Of a DNA stretch of 64,000 bases, positions 19,523 through 29,240 are shown one piece after another. Position numbers and translations under genes: made by a program. Source of the DNA: a virus. The notes below the pieces were generated by a model. It worked only from the letters and a program-made list of their open reading frames with translations, searched no databases and was not told the origin of the DNA. The stretch lies in IMG/VR virus record IMGVR_UViG_3300045988_113168, one strand, 5' to 3'. How positions within the stretch are numbered: the stretch's first letter is position 1; each line of letters starts with the position of its first letter.

Positions 19523-20146
19523 TTAATTGAACTCATCCACATCATCGCAAATCTTATCGACGATACCAAAATTGACCTGCTCATTAGCATCCAGATACCA
19601 ATCCTTGGCCTTATTCTTTGTCATAGTCTTCTTGTCAATGGCAGAATGAGCCATAATATACTCACGCATCTTCACAACCTGCTTCTCGTAGTAGTCCATA
19701 GCCATCTTAGACTGCTCAAAAGTACCCTGCGTACCTCCAGAGCCACTGTGAATCAGCGCAGTAGAATGAGGCAGAGCAAAGCGCTTCTGACCAGACAGCA
19801 ACATCACAAGAGCAGCGCTCATTGCAATACCTGCGTTAATCGTCCAAACAGGAGTCTTGCTCAGTGCAACAACATCAATGAAACTGAACATAGCGTCCAA
19901 CTCACCACCATAGCTGTAAATAAACAGTTTAATGGGCTTGCGCTGCTCAACAGGGGTATTCTTATCGATACGATTGTATTGCAGAATTTTACGTTCAATT
20001 TCAATCAGAGACTGGTCAATCTCAAAGTCGATAAAAAAGATACGCTCTTTCTCATCAACATAGAAATTCATCATCTCAGGAGAGGGGAGACCACCCTTGT
20101 TCATCAGTTCAGTGATCTCTTCGGGCAGCTGAATCTCAAAATCCAA
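19523..20146 (-). CDS. clpP: ClpP-like serine protease
   Basis: 207 aa, TTG start; GIAMSAALVMLLSG (Ser) and ALIHSGSGG (His) motifs. Confidence 0.7.
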   Translation of the reverse strand: MDFEIQLPEEITELMNKGGLPSPEMMNFYVDEKERIFFIDFEIDQSLIEIERKILQYNRIDKNTPVEQRKPIKLFIYSYGGELDAMFSFIDVVALSKTPVWTINAGIAMSAALVMLLSGQKRFALPHSTALIHSGSGGTQGTFEQSKMAMDYYEKQVVKMREYIMAHSAIDKKTMTKNKAKDWYLDANEQVNFGIVDKICDDVDEFN

Positions 20147-20172
20147 ATTACTATACCTCGTTCTTTCAAAGA

Positions 20173-20352
20173 TTAGTAACGTGCGTTACGCTGCATCTGC
20201 TTTAGCATCTCGACAGCGGCAATATTAAAAGGAAGCAGCTCAAGATATCGAGCGGACTCTTCCAGATACCGCTTGTGACGGGTCTTTGCAATACAAGCAT
20301 GAGGGAAGACCTTTCGCACAGCCTTCGCTTCTGACTTAGTGATTTCAATCAT
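20173..20352 (-). CDS. hypothetical protein
   Basis: 59 aa from internal ATG with SD; the longer track ORF lacks an SD. Confidence 0.5.
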   Translation of the reverse strand: MIEITKSEAKAVRKVFPHACIAKTRHKRYLEESARYLELLPFNIAAVEMLKQMQRNARY

Positions 20353-20499
20353 TAGGTAAAACACCCTTTCAAAATAAAATAGGTAGGAAGAAAACAAGCA
20401 TCCTCGCTCTCTCCCTACCATAACTTTCCGCACTGTGTTTTACTCTATATATGTAAAATTATAACGTATCTACGTTAAAATATTGCGCTTTTTCGCATT

Positions 20500-21249
20500 T
20501 CATAAATCAAACATTTTTCTATTTTGCACGGTTTTCTCAATATTTACGTTTTTAGCGCACTTACGACAGTATTTTTGTCTGCGTCCGGTGCGAGCAACCA
20601 TCTTTCCGCAACAATCACACTTGATGTACTCTTTCCCACAATACTGGCTCCACAGAATACCAGCATTCTCAAAATCGTCCACGAAAATCTCATGAGGAGA
20701 ATCCGGCTCCGCAATCAAAACATGGATGTTCAAGTTGTCAATCTTTTTCAAGCTGGCAAACCCAATAAAGCCAAGATTATGTAACTCACAAATCATCTCG
20801 TTCTGTTTTTTTTCATTCGCGGATACGTTTGCCATCCTGAAAATATCAGCCGTATCTTCCGTAATCCAGTAGTTGCATTTTTCATTAACTGCAATATGAT
20901 ATTTTGCCAGACACAGCATCGTAAACATCAAGCGTTGCATCTGCTTGCCCTCAAGTGCTTGAATCTTCTCTACCTCTGCTTTTGTAATGCACACACCATC
21001 AAGTTCCACCATAGGACGGCCTTTAGCAGAAGCGATTGCTTTATCAATCAGTTCTCTATCCAGAACCTTGTTGTACCCTTCAAAATGACGCAACATATAC
21101 TCGTTGAGCTTTTCTCTTACATCATCCTTTGAGTACCCTTTGTAAAAATAGTACTTCGCAACATAATGCAAAACATGCCCCGCCCTTTTCCAAGGTACAT
21201 CCTTTTCTAGCCACTCTTCAGCGTAAAGAACTTCATTCAATACAATCAT
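20500..21249 (-). CDS. hypothetical protein with C-terminal zinc ribbon
   Basis: 249 aa; second ATG is properly spaced from AAGGAGG; CDCCGK...CRKC. Confidence 0.6.
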   Translation of the reverse strand: MIVLNEVLYAEEWLEKDVPWKRAGHVLHYVAKYYFYKGYSKDDVREKLNEYMLRHFEGYNKVLDRELIDKAIASAKGRPMVELDGVCITKAEVEKIQALEGKQMQRLMFTMLCLAKYHIAVNEKCNYWITEDTADIFRMANVSANEKKQNEMICELHNLGFIGFASLKKIDNLNIHVLIAEPDSPHEIFVDDFENAGILWSQYCGKEYIKCDCCGKMVARTGRRQKYCRKCAKNVNIEKTVQNRKMFDL

Positions 21250-24016
21250 CCGCATCCTCCTTGCTATTCATGTTAATCAACACATCCTTGAAACGCTTGC
21301 CATCATATTCAATATCGCCATTCTCGTCCTGCACAAGAGAATGCACCATACCGTCATGGCGTTCCAATAAGCGTTTAATCAAAGTATCATGAAACAGTTC
21401 CCAGACGATTGCAATACTGGATGCATTCTTCTTACAAAGATCAAGCATAATATCGCAAAGCACATCGTCATTGGAACATTTATCGTGAAGATTACGGAAC
21501 ATGCTTTCCTGATATAGCGCAATTCGTTCCTTGCGGTCTGCGCTGGTTTCTTTATTATTGTTTCCGTTGCCAGAATGGATTGCGTTGCCACGAGCAAATC
21601 TCAAGTAATCCTTAAAAATAGAGCGAATACCATAGTATTGAGAATTAGTGTACTCAATGCCAGACTTGAGCGAGTCGTAATCAAACTTGCGCTTTATCTT
21701 GAGTTCTTCTTCAAAATCTTCCAGCTCGTCCTCAACAGTCCAGCATAGGCGGTTCATGGTACAAGAATTGATTCCGACCGGCATCCGATAGAGGTAATAC
21801 TGGATAACCATTTCATCCACATCGTCCTTGACGGTCTTTTGCATAATCTCATCCAGACCAGCAAACCCATCCCACTTGATGCGCTTGCGAGCTGCGGCCA
21901 CATACTGCTTGTAGTCTCGCATCTGAGAAGGATAAATATAACTCATAAAGTACGGCTTTCGATAAGCACAAATACGAGCCAAGAATTTTTTATCCTCGAT
22001 AGTATCTGGGTTATCACCCTCGCTTGGAACGCAAGCTTTGTTGTCATACCAATATTTTGGCATAGGTACGCAGGAAATTCCCTTTATGCGATCAATCGTG
22101 TCCTGTTGATATTTCTGGCCAGAAATAATACGATATGTAAGCTCTTTATATTCTCTACTTTCTGGCTCAAATTTACTCTGTACATCAAACATCGTTGTAA
22201 TACGATTAGTTACCTTGCCGATATCATCACCAAATCCATTGATATTAGAGTCAATGAAATCCTGCTCGGTTGGAATTTTCTTTTCACCTTTTTTCTGAGC
22301 ACAAAGAATTACAGTCTCATCCCTCCATCTATCAAGGAGGACTCTGTTATCTGTGCTAAAGATGAGATCGCCATCCCAGTCCATTCCGTCGAGTGCTGCA
22401 CATGTGTTATCAAACGCACTTACGATAGCTACAGTCTTCATGTAACGATACCAGTTCTTACATTCGTCACTCGAATTTAAATTTAAGCACCGAATATTCG
22501 CCATCTGACTCATAGGAGCTCTAAAACAAGCCACTCGCTTAACATCTCTATCATTCCAAAAACGGCTGTAAACCTCACCGGCCTTTAACAGTCCAGTGAC
22601 TTCCATTCCAAAGATGGATTGGCAAAGTGCGTATGGATCTCCGCTTGCTACTTGAAAATTCCCTCGTACCTTCACAACACCCGTCTTTGCCTGAGAGATT
22701 CGCTTTTTAATAAAGTACCGAATTCGATTCTGCACATACGGGTCGTTAATCATGTCCGGCTCAATCATGAGAGCCTTAATGTAATCATTCTCAAGAGAGT
22801 TGACATACCCTGCGTCATCTCGCATCCCGCTTCCACGCAAATACAGCAACGCATCACGCCAGTCGCCGCCCATGACACCTTTGATTTCATCCAGAGTCGG
22901 CTTGACCAGTTCTCTAATCTCGTCATTCGTAAGCTGATAGCTTTGAATGAATTGATAATTCAAATTGCGTTCTTCATCAAGTTCCAACTCGCAGGTTTTC
23001 GTTACAGAGAAGTGATAATGGTTTTCCTGACAATTTTCAAAGTAATCCTCACAATTATGGTAACTATCCCATAGCTTTAACATCGACCCTGTAAGAATCA
23101 CTTGAACACGATTAACATCCTTATAGTTCCCCCAAATGTCCTTCACCATATTCTTTTTCGCAATCTTCTTTGCGAACTCACGGAAAGGGAAGGGGAATAG
23201 CATACCTTTACAAAAAGCGTTCCGTACACAGAAACCAGATGCTGTGGATGGCAGCTTTAAATCTTCGCTCCACTGTTGAGCAAGGTCATAGCTAATGAGT
23301 CCAAAACCATCGCTAGCGCACAACTCACAATCATGTTCCATATCCTCTACCATCGTAGGCTCACCGGATGCTCCATCGTCCAGAACGATTACATGGTCTT
23401 TGAAATGAGTGAAACAATCGTCTACGACCAGCACACCGTCTGGATCAGTGACCGGAATGGATGCAGAGCAGGCGAGTGCCCGATATGCTTCCAGCTTTGC
23501 CGGAATAAACTCCATTCCCTTGTTACGGCCATTGTCGATTCGTTTGCGGATCTCATCAACAAGACGGTCGCTCACAAACACAATCGTACTATTCTTGACA
23601 CCACCGGTAGTTCCAACCAAACGACGATATGTAATCCCATTGATTTTGAACCCTTTAGGAGAACATGCCCGGCGGTAATCATTCTTCTTGTCTACCACCA
23701 GACACATATAATCCGGCTTGAACTGAACTGCATCCAACTCAGTATACAATCTCCGAATCTCCCGGCGGTTCTCTAAACAAGATTGTTCATTCCGTAACAT
23801 CTTGATTCTACGCTTGATGCTCCGTGCCTTAGACTCTGCATCCGTAACACCATTCAACTCGTCAATCCATCGTAGAACAGTGCTATCAGCTAACGAGATG
23901 ATCTCGTGGTTTCGTCTGGCTTCATCCAATGGTAGGGTTAAATCCCATTTCGCTTCAACTAGACGCTTCGTATGAATCTTAAAAACAAACTTCTGACAAG
24001 TTTGCTGTTTTGCCAT
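21233..24016 (-). CDS. putative single-subunit RNA polymerase (YonO / RdRP-like two-barrel family)
   Basis: 927 aa; ALDGMDWDGDLIFS contains the DxDGD metal-binding signature of two-barrel RNAPs and cellular RdRPs. It is preceded by VACFRAPMSQMANIR (the R.P element seen in RdRP alignments). Confidence 0.55.
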   Translation of the reverse strand: MAKQQTCQKFVFKIHTKRLVEAKWDLTLPLDEARRNHEIISLADSTVLRWIDELNGVTDAESKARSIKRRIKMLRNEQSCLENRREIRRLYTELDAVQFKPDYMCLVVDKKNDYRRACSPKGFKINGITYRRLVGTTGGVKNSTIVFVSDRLVDEIRKRIDNGRNKGMEFIPAKLEAYRALACSASIPVTDPDGVLVVDDCFTHFKDHVIVLDDGASGEPTMVEDMEHDCELCASDGFGLISYDLAQQWSEDLKLPSTASGFCVRNAFCKGMLFPFPFREFAKKIAKKNMVKDIWGNYKDVNRVQVILTGSMLKLWDSYHNCEDYFENCQENHYHFSVTKTCELELDEERNLNYQFIQSYQLTNDEIRELVKPTLDEIKGVMGGDWRDALLYLRGSGMRDDAGYVNSLENDYIKALMIEPDMINDPYVQNRIRYFIKKRISQAKTGVVKVRGNFQVASGDPYALCQSIFGMEVTGLLKAGEVYSRFWNDRDVKRVACFRAPMSQMANIRCLNLNSSDECKNWYRYMKTVAIVSAFDNTCAALDGMDWDGDLIFSTDNRVLLDRWRDETVILCAQKKGEKKIPTEQDFIDSNINGFGDDIGKVTNRITTMFDVQSKFEPESREYKELTYRIISGQKYQQDTIDRIKGISCVPMPKYWYDNKACVPSEGDNPDTIEDKKFLARICAYRKPYFMSYIYPSQMRDYKQYVAAARKRIKWDGFAGLDEIMQKTVKDDVDEMVIQYYLYRMPVGINSCTMNRLCWTVEDELEDFEEELKIKRKFDYDSLKSGIEYTNSQYYGIRSIFKDYLRFARGNAIHSGNGNNNKETSADRKERIALYQESMFRNLHDKCSNDDVLCDIMLDLCKKNASSIAIVWELFHDTLIKRLLERHDGMVHSLVQDENGDIEYDGKRFKDVLINMNSKEDADDCIE

Positions 24017-24046
24017 TCGGCAGTCACCTCCGTGTTCTTCTTAAAC

Positions 24047-24068
24047 GTATCCTGTGATGTATAGCTAA
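24047..24068 (-). repeat. 22-nt motif copy I (minus sense TTAGCTATACATCACAGGATAC)
   Basis: 30 nt upstream of the RNAP-like gene start, just after a small hairpin + T-run. Confidence 0.8.
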
Positions 24069-24091
24069 AATGAAAATATAAAAGCAGGCTT

Positions 24092-24268
24092 TTACAGATA
24101 GCAGCTCTCACCATCTTCCATAGCCTTGAGCCAAAGCCGTTCACGCTCCTGATAGAGCTCATCCAGATAATCTTCAGCAGACTCATACTCCCGGCGGGTC
24201 AGACTTGCGTAGTTCATATCACGCACAAGCTGCTTGATTTCTGCATTAACATCCTCGTAAGTACGCAT
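24092..24268 (-). CDS. hypothetical protein
   Basis: 58-aa ORF (below track cut-off), ATGA overlap with upstream gene. Confidence 0.5.
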   Translation of the reverse strand: MRTYEDVNAEIKQLVRDMNYASLTRREYESAEDYLDELYQERERLWLKAMEDGESCYL

Positions 24269-24585
24269 CACTTATCAACCTCCGGTTCGTTCATATAATA
24301 ATATTTCTTTAACCACTCAATCCAACTAACCCATTTTCGGTATATCCGCTCTGCTAGTTCTCCCTCGACACAACTCCACTCACCAGTTTTCTTATTGTAG
24401 ATTTTACACAAATATGTGGCAGGGCCTTCCTTGGTAAACACTGGAACACCTTTTCGATAGCATGTCATGTAATCTTTATCTATCTGAATGTTTTCGGCGG
24501 AGTATTCCTTACCAATCATATTTGAGAGTTCTATGTTCAATAAGCGATACGCACGTTTACAAAGTTCTTCATCACTTAAATACAT
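24268..24585 (-). CDS. hypothetical protein
   Basis: 105 aa from ATG after GAGGTA; the longer track ORF overlaps the upstream gene. Confidence 0.55.
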   Translation of the reverse strand: MYLSDEELCKRAYRLLNIELSNMIGKEYSAENIQIDKDYMTCYRKGVPVFTKEGPATYLCKIYNKKTGEWSCVEGELAERIYRKWVSWIEWLKKYYYMNEPEVDK

Positions 24586-24595
24586 TGCTTTTACC

Positions 24596-24928
24596 TCAAC
24601 AATCTTGAACCATAACCGTTGGTTCATCCATAATAGCACCGCAAGCACCGCAGAACCGTGAGCAGTCAATTCCAGTAGAATCATGGCAACTGGAACACTC
24701 ACAATACAGTGATTCTCCAAAGTCAGCCTCATGCTCGATCCAGTGCGCGTGAACCACAGGTCTGACCTCGCCAACCTTCAATTCGTCCTGTACCATTTGC
24801 TTTGTCACACTAAGAGCTACCCAAACCACAACATCGCCTGTGGATTTGCCATTTCCACGCGGCGGAGTCTTTGCGAGTGCAGTATCAATATTTTTAATCA
24901 AATTAGTTGCGTTGATATATTTGTCCAT
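24596..24928 (-). CDS. hypothetical Cys-rich protein
   Basis: 110 aa, SD GGAGG; CECSSCH...CSRFCGAC. Confidence 0.6.
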   Translation of the reverse strand: MDKYINATNLIKNIDTALAKTPPRGNGKSTGDVVVWVALSVTKQMVQDELKVGEVRPVVHAHWIEHEADFGESLYCECSSCHDSTGIDCSRFCGACGAIMDEPTVMVQDC

Positions 24929-25207
24929 TTACTTAACCTCCTCGGCCACTTTCCTAATTGTCGCACCAATCTGTTCAAGCTCTGCCAGCAAGACATCCAC
25001 ATCCTCAGCATCACTCTCGGAAATATTCAAGTCCTTAATCTTATGTAATGCCCACTCAAGATTCGGATAATAGCCGACCGTAACTTCCTTTGTGCCAGTG
25101 CCTACCTCACCAGTCTTTGGATTCTTGCCAGCTGGTCTTTGCTCAATAATAATGAGATTTCGCTCATCGCAGTTCTTTATAATGTACTTGCCAATCTGAA
25201 TACGCAT
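24929..25207 (-). CDS. hypothetical protein
   Basis: 92 aa ORF with SD. Confidence 0.55.
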   Translation of the reverse strand: MRIQIGKYIIKNCDERNLIIIEQRPAGKNPKTGEVGTGTKEVTVGYYPNLEWALHKIKDLNISESDAEDVDVLLAELEQIGATIRKVAEEVK

Positions 25208-25210
25208 CAG

Positions 25211-26056
25211 TTAGATCTCCTTTACCTTACGGCTTGCCTCGGAACGGGGAAGAATACCCTCTTTCTTCAAACGCTTGTAAATATATGCCTTACCACGTTC
25301 AGTCCAACGCATGTGCTTACTAGATTTCTTTTTGCAGGTTTCCTTATCAAAGTAAGGAGTGGTCTCGTATTCAACAAAGCCCTCTCCGTCAAACTTACTG
25401 TAAAGATACCAGTGAGTGATCATCTTATCGCCACGTTTTGACTTGCAAAAATACTGGAGGCCGAGATCGTGAAGTTTCGTATTCATACGTGCTGCAGTCC
25501 AGCCATATTCCTTTGCAATATCAGTAACCGTATATGTGCTAGTAGACTGCAAAACCGCATCACAGTAGTCGGAACGAGGAGTCAAATATTCGTTTGTTTC
25601 CTTTAGCTGCTTATTTTTGCTAGAAAGGGCGGCGATACGCTTATCTCGTTCCGCAATCTTATTCTGCGCAACAATCAATGCAGCAGACAGAAGTTCGTCA
25701 TCAGTCATTTGCTCTTGACCAACAATGTAACCACCAGTCTTACGGACAGAAGGAATAATTTCATTAGCCACAAGTGCTTGGAACTTTTCTGCCACATCGT
25801 TTTTAGCCTTCATTGCCAGTCGATAAAAAATATTTTCAGGGATATAGCTTGGAAGATTTCCATCGACACTCGTGTCGATACCAAGATCGTGCAAATATTT
25901 ACGAACTCTCGTCCACTTTACACAAACATTTCCACTTGCGGCAACTTCTGTAAAACCAAGACCACGGGCAACATCTTCCAGTCGAAGATATGCAGTACCA
26001 TCTTGCTCATAGCAGGATACACCATACAAACTCACGATTTCAAAATTCTGACTCAT
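25211..26056 (-). CDS. antirepressor (Bro-N + KilA-C-like)
   Basis: 281 aa; N-terminal LRLEDVARGLGF ... IPENIFYRLAMKAKNDVAEKFQ..V..EIIPSVRKTGGY. Confidence 0.7.
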   Translation of the reverse strand: MSQNFEIVSLYGVSCYEQDGTAYLRLEDVARGLGFTEVAASGNVCVKWTRVRKYLHDLGIDTSVDGNLPSYIPENIFYRLAMKAKNDVAEKFQALVANEIIPSVRKTGGYIVGQEQMTDDELLSAALIVAQNKIAERDKRIAALSSKNKQLKETNEYLTPRSDYCDAVLQSTSTYTVTDIAKEYGWTAARMNTKLHDLGLQYFCKSKRGDKMITHWYLYSKFDGEGFVEYETTPYFDKETCKKKSSKHMRWTERGKAYIYKRLKKEGILPRSEASRKVKEI

Positions 26057-26116
26057 CAAATCTACTCCCTTTAATATGTATTTTATATTTCAAATAAGAG
26101 CCAAACAGACTCTTAT

Positions 26117-26383
26117 TTAATTCTCATTCATACGGCTGACCTCAAATGCAGCCACATCATTCATGAAATCATTGATATGTAGGTACTTATCAGCTTTCCG
26201 TACAGTCTTTGGCTTGAACTCTCGGCACTTGCATCGTACCTCGTCACAAGTAGTGAAACACGGGATCTCATACTGGCATTTAACACAAACATGCTTCTTG
26301 TAGAACTCAGGCAAGCGTCCAGCCGCTTGATAGTTCTCATAGGTTATTTTTAAATCAATCCAGTAGGGGTTATCAAAATTCAT
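26117..26383 (-). CDS. hypothetical Cys-rich protein
   Basis: 88 aa; CVKCQYEIPCFTTCDEVRCKC. Confidence 0.5.
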   Translation of the reverse strand: MNFDNPYWIDLKITYENYQAAGRLPEFYKKHVCVKCQYEIPCFTTCDEVRCKCREFKPKTVRKADKYLHINDFMNDVAAFEVSRMNEN

Positions 26384-26388
26384 TATGT

Positions 26389-27465
26389 TCAGCCTTCTTT
26401 CTTATAGACATTCAAACCATAGTTGCTATTATATTTTGGAGATCCCGCCATCTTAATATGATCAATCGCATTTTTAGATAATTGAACCATTTCTTCAATT
26501 AGATAATCATATTTCTTTAAATCAATTCTTTTGCACTTCAAAATATCACAAAAATCACTATTGGCAAGCATGAAATCACCTTTTAATGTGAAGTGAGTCA
26601 GTAGCAAATTTGTGTACTCTACAATTTCTGGACGAATCTCTATACCATAAGCAGGAAGAATACTTCTACATCCAAAATATCGATAACAAACATCGCTAAG
26701 TTGCTCATAAAAATATTTCGCATTTCCACTGCTATAAATATCATCATGATTTTTACAGGCAGAGCCGTCTTCGTTTTTGTATTCTAATAATAGCTTGTTC
26801 TCAAAAGTATGATACATATCCTCATCATTTTTTGAAAGCTTTATAGTTTTATACCTTACATTACCATCTTCTTCTGTAACGACTTTTCCAGTAGCAATCA
26901 AAACATTTTTAATCTTAATGATTCCTTTTTTTTGAAGAAAGTATAAAGCAGTTTCAAGATATTCTTTTGCAACGGATTTTGCATGATGCTTAAATGTTGA
27001 TGTATCTTTATAATTGACGCCATTAAGAATATCACACATAAAACCATATGTCTTTAAGTTGCAGTCCATCATCATTCCTGGAAGAGTCCAAAATACATCA
27101 ATAACATCATTATTAGATTTCTTATTATCAACATAAATATCCATAAGTTGATATGCAATTACTCGTTGAAACACGTCATAACAAGGAAGTTCTATCGGAC
27201 TATGGCTATTATACAGTTCATTTGTTTTATCATAATTTCGAATATACACAACCTTCATACCCCACGGAGTTCCATGAATGGCTTGGAAATCGACATATTT
27301 ATTAAGATCTAAAAAGAAATTATATCTTGTTTCTTTTCCGTATAATCTACCACCAGGAGTCGTCAGGCCAAGATATACCGCAATATCACGATAGCCATCA
27401 AATGTCTGTCCAACACGAAGCCGATTTACCATTTCCTTTGTGATTTCATAACGTTTATTTTCCAT
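26389..27465 (-). CDS. hypothetical protein (paralog of 27475..28644)
   Basis: 358 aa; N-terminus MENKRYEITKEMVNRLRVGQTF matches MDKKKYEVTSEIAGKLNDGQIF of the neighbour. Confidence 0.65.
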   Translation of the reverse strand: MENKRYEITKEMVNRLRVGQTFDGYRDIAVYLGLTTPGGRLYGKETRYNFFLDLNKYVDFQAIHGTPWGMKVVYIRNYDKTNELYNSHSPIELPCYDVFQRVIAYQLMDIYVDNKKSNNDVIDVFWTLPGMMMDCNLKTYGFMCDILNGVNYKDTSTFKHHAKSVAKEYLETALYFLQKKGIIKIKNVLIATGKVVTEEDGNVRYKTIKLSKNDEDMYHTFENKLLLEYKNEDGSACKNHDDIYSSGNAKYFYEQLSDVCYRYFGCRSILPAYGIEIRPEIVEYTNLLLTHFTLKGDFMLANSDFCDILKCKRIDLKKYDYLIEEMVQLSKNAIDHIKMAGSPKYNSNYGLNVYKKEG

Positions 27466-27474
27466 AAAGTCTCC

Positions 27475-28644
27475 TTACCTTTTATAAGAACCATACCATT
27501 TAAATCCAGCACGAGGAATTCCAGAATTCGCAGGAACACGAATCATTCCATCTATAAAGAGCTGAAGAACCTCATCACTCAACTGTCTATGCACAAAGCG
27601 AAATGGCGGCTGAGAAGCATCATTATAATATTCTGGATTTTCTTCCAACATCGCTCTACCTCTTCTGACGGCAGAAAGCGTTGGGATATTCTCACACATG
27701 GCGTCGTTCATCTCGTGGAAACTTTGCTGTTGCAATTTATATTCCGTCCGTGCCGCAGATCGCTTCAACGAGTTCGGCTCAATCGTAATATGATACATTG
27801 GTCGTGCTAGGTCGTATGTAAAGATTTCCTTGAATCTATTATCTAACTCTTCATAGAACTTATGAAGTCGTCCGGTTAAAAATACGTCTTGCTCACTCTG
27901 GCATACTCGCCCAGACGATGTGTAAAACTCATGAAGCACATTCGTATACATCTTCATATAAATGGCTTTTTGGTCTTCAGAAGGAATGTGGTACTCTTCT
28001 GGGTTGTGATTTATAAACACGGCAGGGCAGTCCTCAAAAAATATTTCTTTGTTTTTTGCCATGGATTTAAGTGCAGACTCAATATACCCAACCATTGTAG
28101 ATTTCGTACAATGCTGAAACGTCTCAGCGTCTGCTGCTAAATTCTCTCTAAACTCATCCATTTGCTCACGAGCAATATTTTCTAATGGTGTACCAACTAT
28201 CTCAGCCCAAAAGGTATCCTCACCATGTAGGTCTTCTGGATATTGATAAAAATTCTTATTGGTCATTCCACACGCTCGTAGTATTGCGGCTGGCGTCCAA
28301 AAGAACTCCATCCAACCACTTCCATCACATTCTCTAAGTAGGTGATAAGCAATCTGGTTCTGCAAACGCAAGGAGAACTTTCCTTTATTTCTTGTCGGTA
28401 GAGGAGGAAGTACCTCATTGTCTGGACGAATCTTTACAATGATAAAGTGCTTTCCTTCCTTTTTAAACTCAACGAATCGATTTAGCTCTTCAAGGAAGTG
28501 TTTTTTGCTAGTTCCATCTAGTGGCTTTCCATTTTTGCCAAAGACATTAAGATAAGTAGATAGTTCTAAAAAATTAGAAAAAATTTGACCATCATTCAAT
28601 TTGCCTGCTATCTCCGATGTAACCTCGTATTTTTTCTTGTCCAT
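27475..28644 (-). CDS. hypothetical protein (paralog of 26389..27465), first gene of leftward block
   Basis: 389 aa, SD GGAGG. Confidence 0.65.
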   Translation of the reverse strand: MDKKKYEVTSEIAGKLNDGQIFSNFLELSTYLNVFGKNGKPLDGTSKKHFLEELNRFVEFKKEGKHFIIVKIRPDNEVLPPLPTRNKGKFSLRLQNQIAYHLLRECDGSGWMEFFWTPAAILRACGMTNKNFYQYPEDLHGEDTFWAEIVGTPLENIAREQMDEFRENLAADAETFQHCTKSTMVGYIESALKSMAKNKEIFFEDCPAVFINHNPEEYHIPSEDQKAIYMKMYTNVLHEFYTSSGRVCQSEQDVFLTGRLHKFYEELDNRFKEIFTYDLARPMYHITIEPNSLKRSAARTEYKLQQQSFHEMNDAMCENIPTLSAVRRGRAMLEENPEYYNDASQPPFRFVHRQLSDEVLQLFIDGMIRVPANSGIPRAGFKWYGSYKR

Positions 28645-28918
28645 ATAACCTCCTACTCAATTTAGTTGGATTGACGAGTCTGTATTATATATATGTATGA
28701 AGATACATAGTCGTCAGTCCAAGTACAACTATCACAAAATATCTTTTAATGGTTTACTCGACTTGAAGCTATGGCGCGTAAGCGACATAGATTCAATTTG
28801 AGTAAACCTACGAGCGTCCGCAGACGCGAGATCCCTCTCTACGCCCTGTCCGGGAGGACTACTATAAATATCCATCGCAAACATCCACCACAGTCATTCC
28901 ATTACTAACTTCTTTGCG

Positions 28919-28940
28919 GTATCCTGTATTGTATAGCTAT
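28919..28940 (-). repeat. 22-nt motif copy A (points leftward)
   Basis: GTATCCTGTATTGTATAGCTAT; forms an imperfect inverted pair with copy B 36 nt away. Confidence 0.8.
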
Positions 28941-28976
28941 CTATACTCATTATACCATGAGATTGCCAAAAATTCA

Positions 28977-28998
28977 ATAGCTACATAATACAGGATAC
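28977..28998 (+). repeat. 22-nt motif copy B (points rightward)
   Basis: ATAGCTACATAATACAGGATAC. Confidence 0.8.
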
Positions 28999-29240
28999 GA
29001 ATGTTTCTAGCTTCTATTATAATAAGGTATGTTTCTTGGAGTGTCATCTACTGTAGTCTTTCCAGACAGTGACCGTCAGCTTACTTAGCTCAAGTCGCTA
29101 TTACACATTATTCTCCATGAAGAACATCTAGGTACTCTTGTGTGTTCTGTGTAAGCTGCCAGAGGCTACAATCATGCTCCTTGGAAGTCTCTGAAGTTTC
29201 TGAGAGTGCTGCTTAGATGCCAGATCAGTCCATTTATGGC

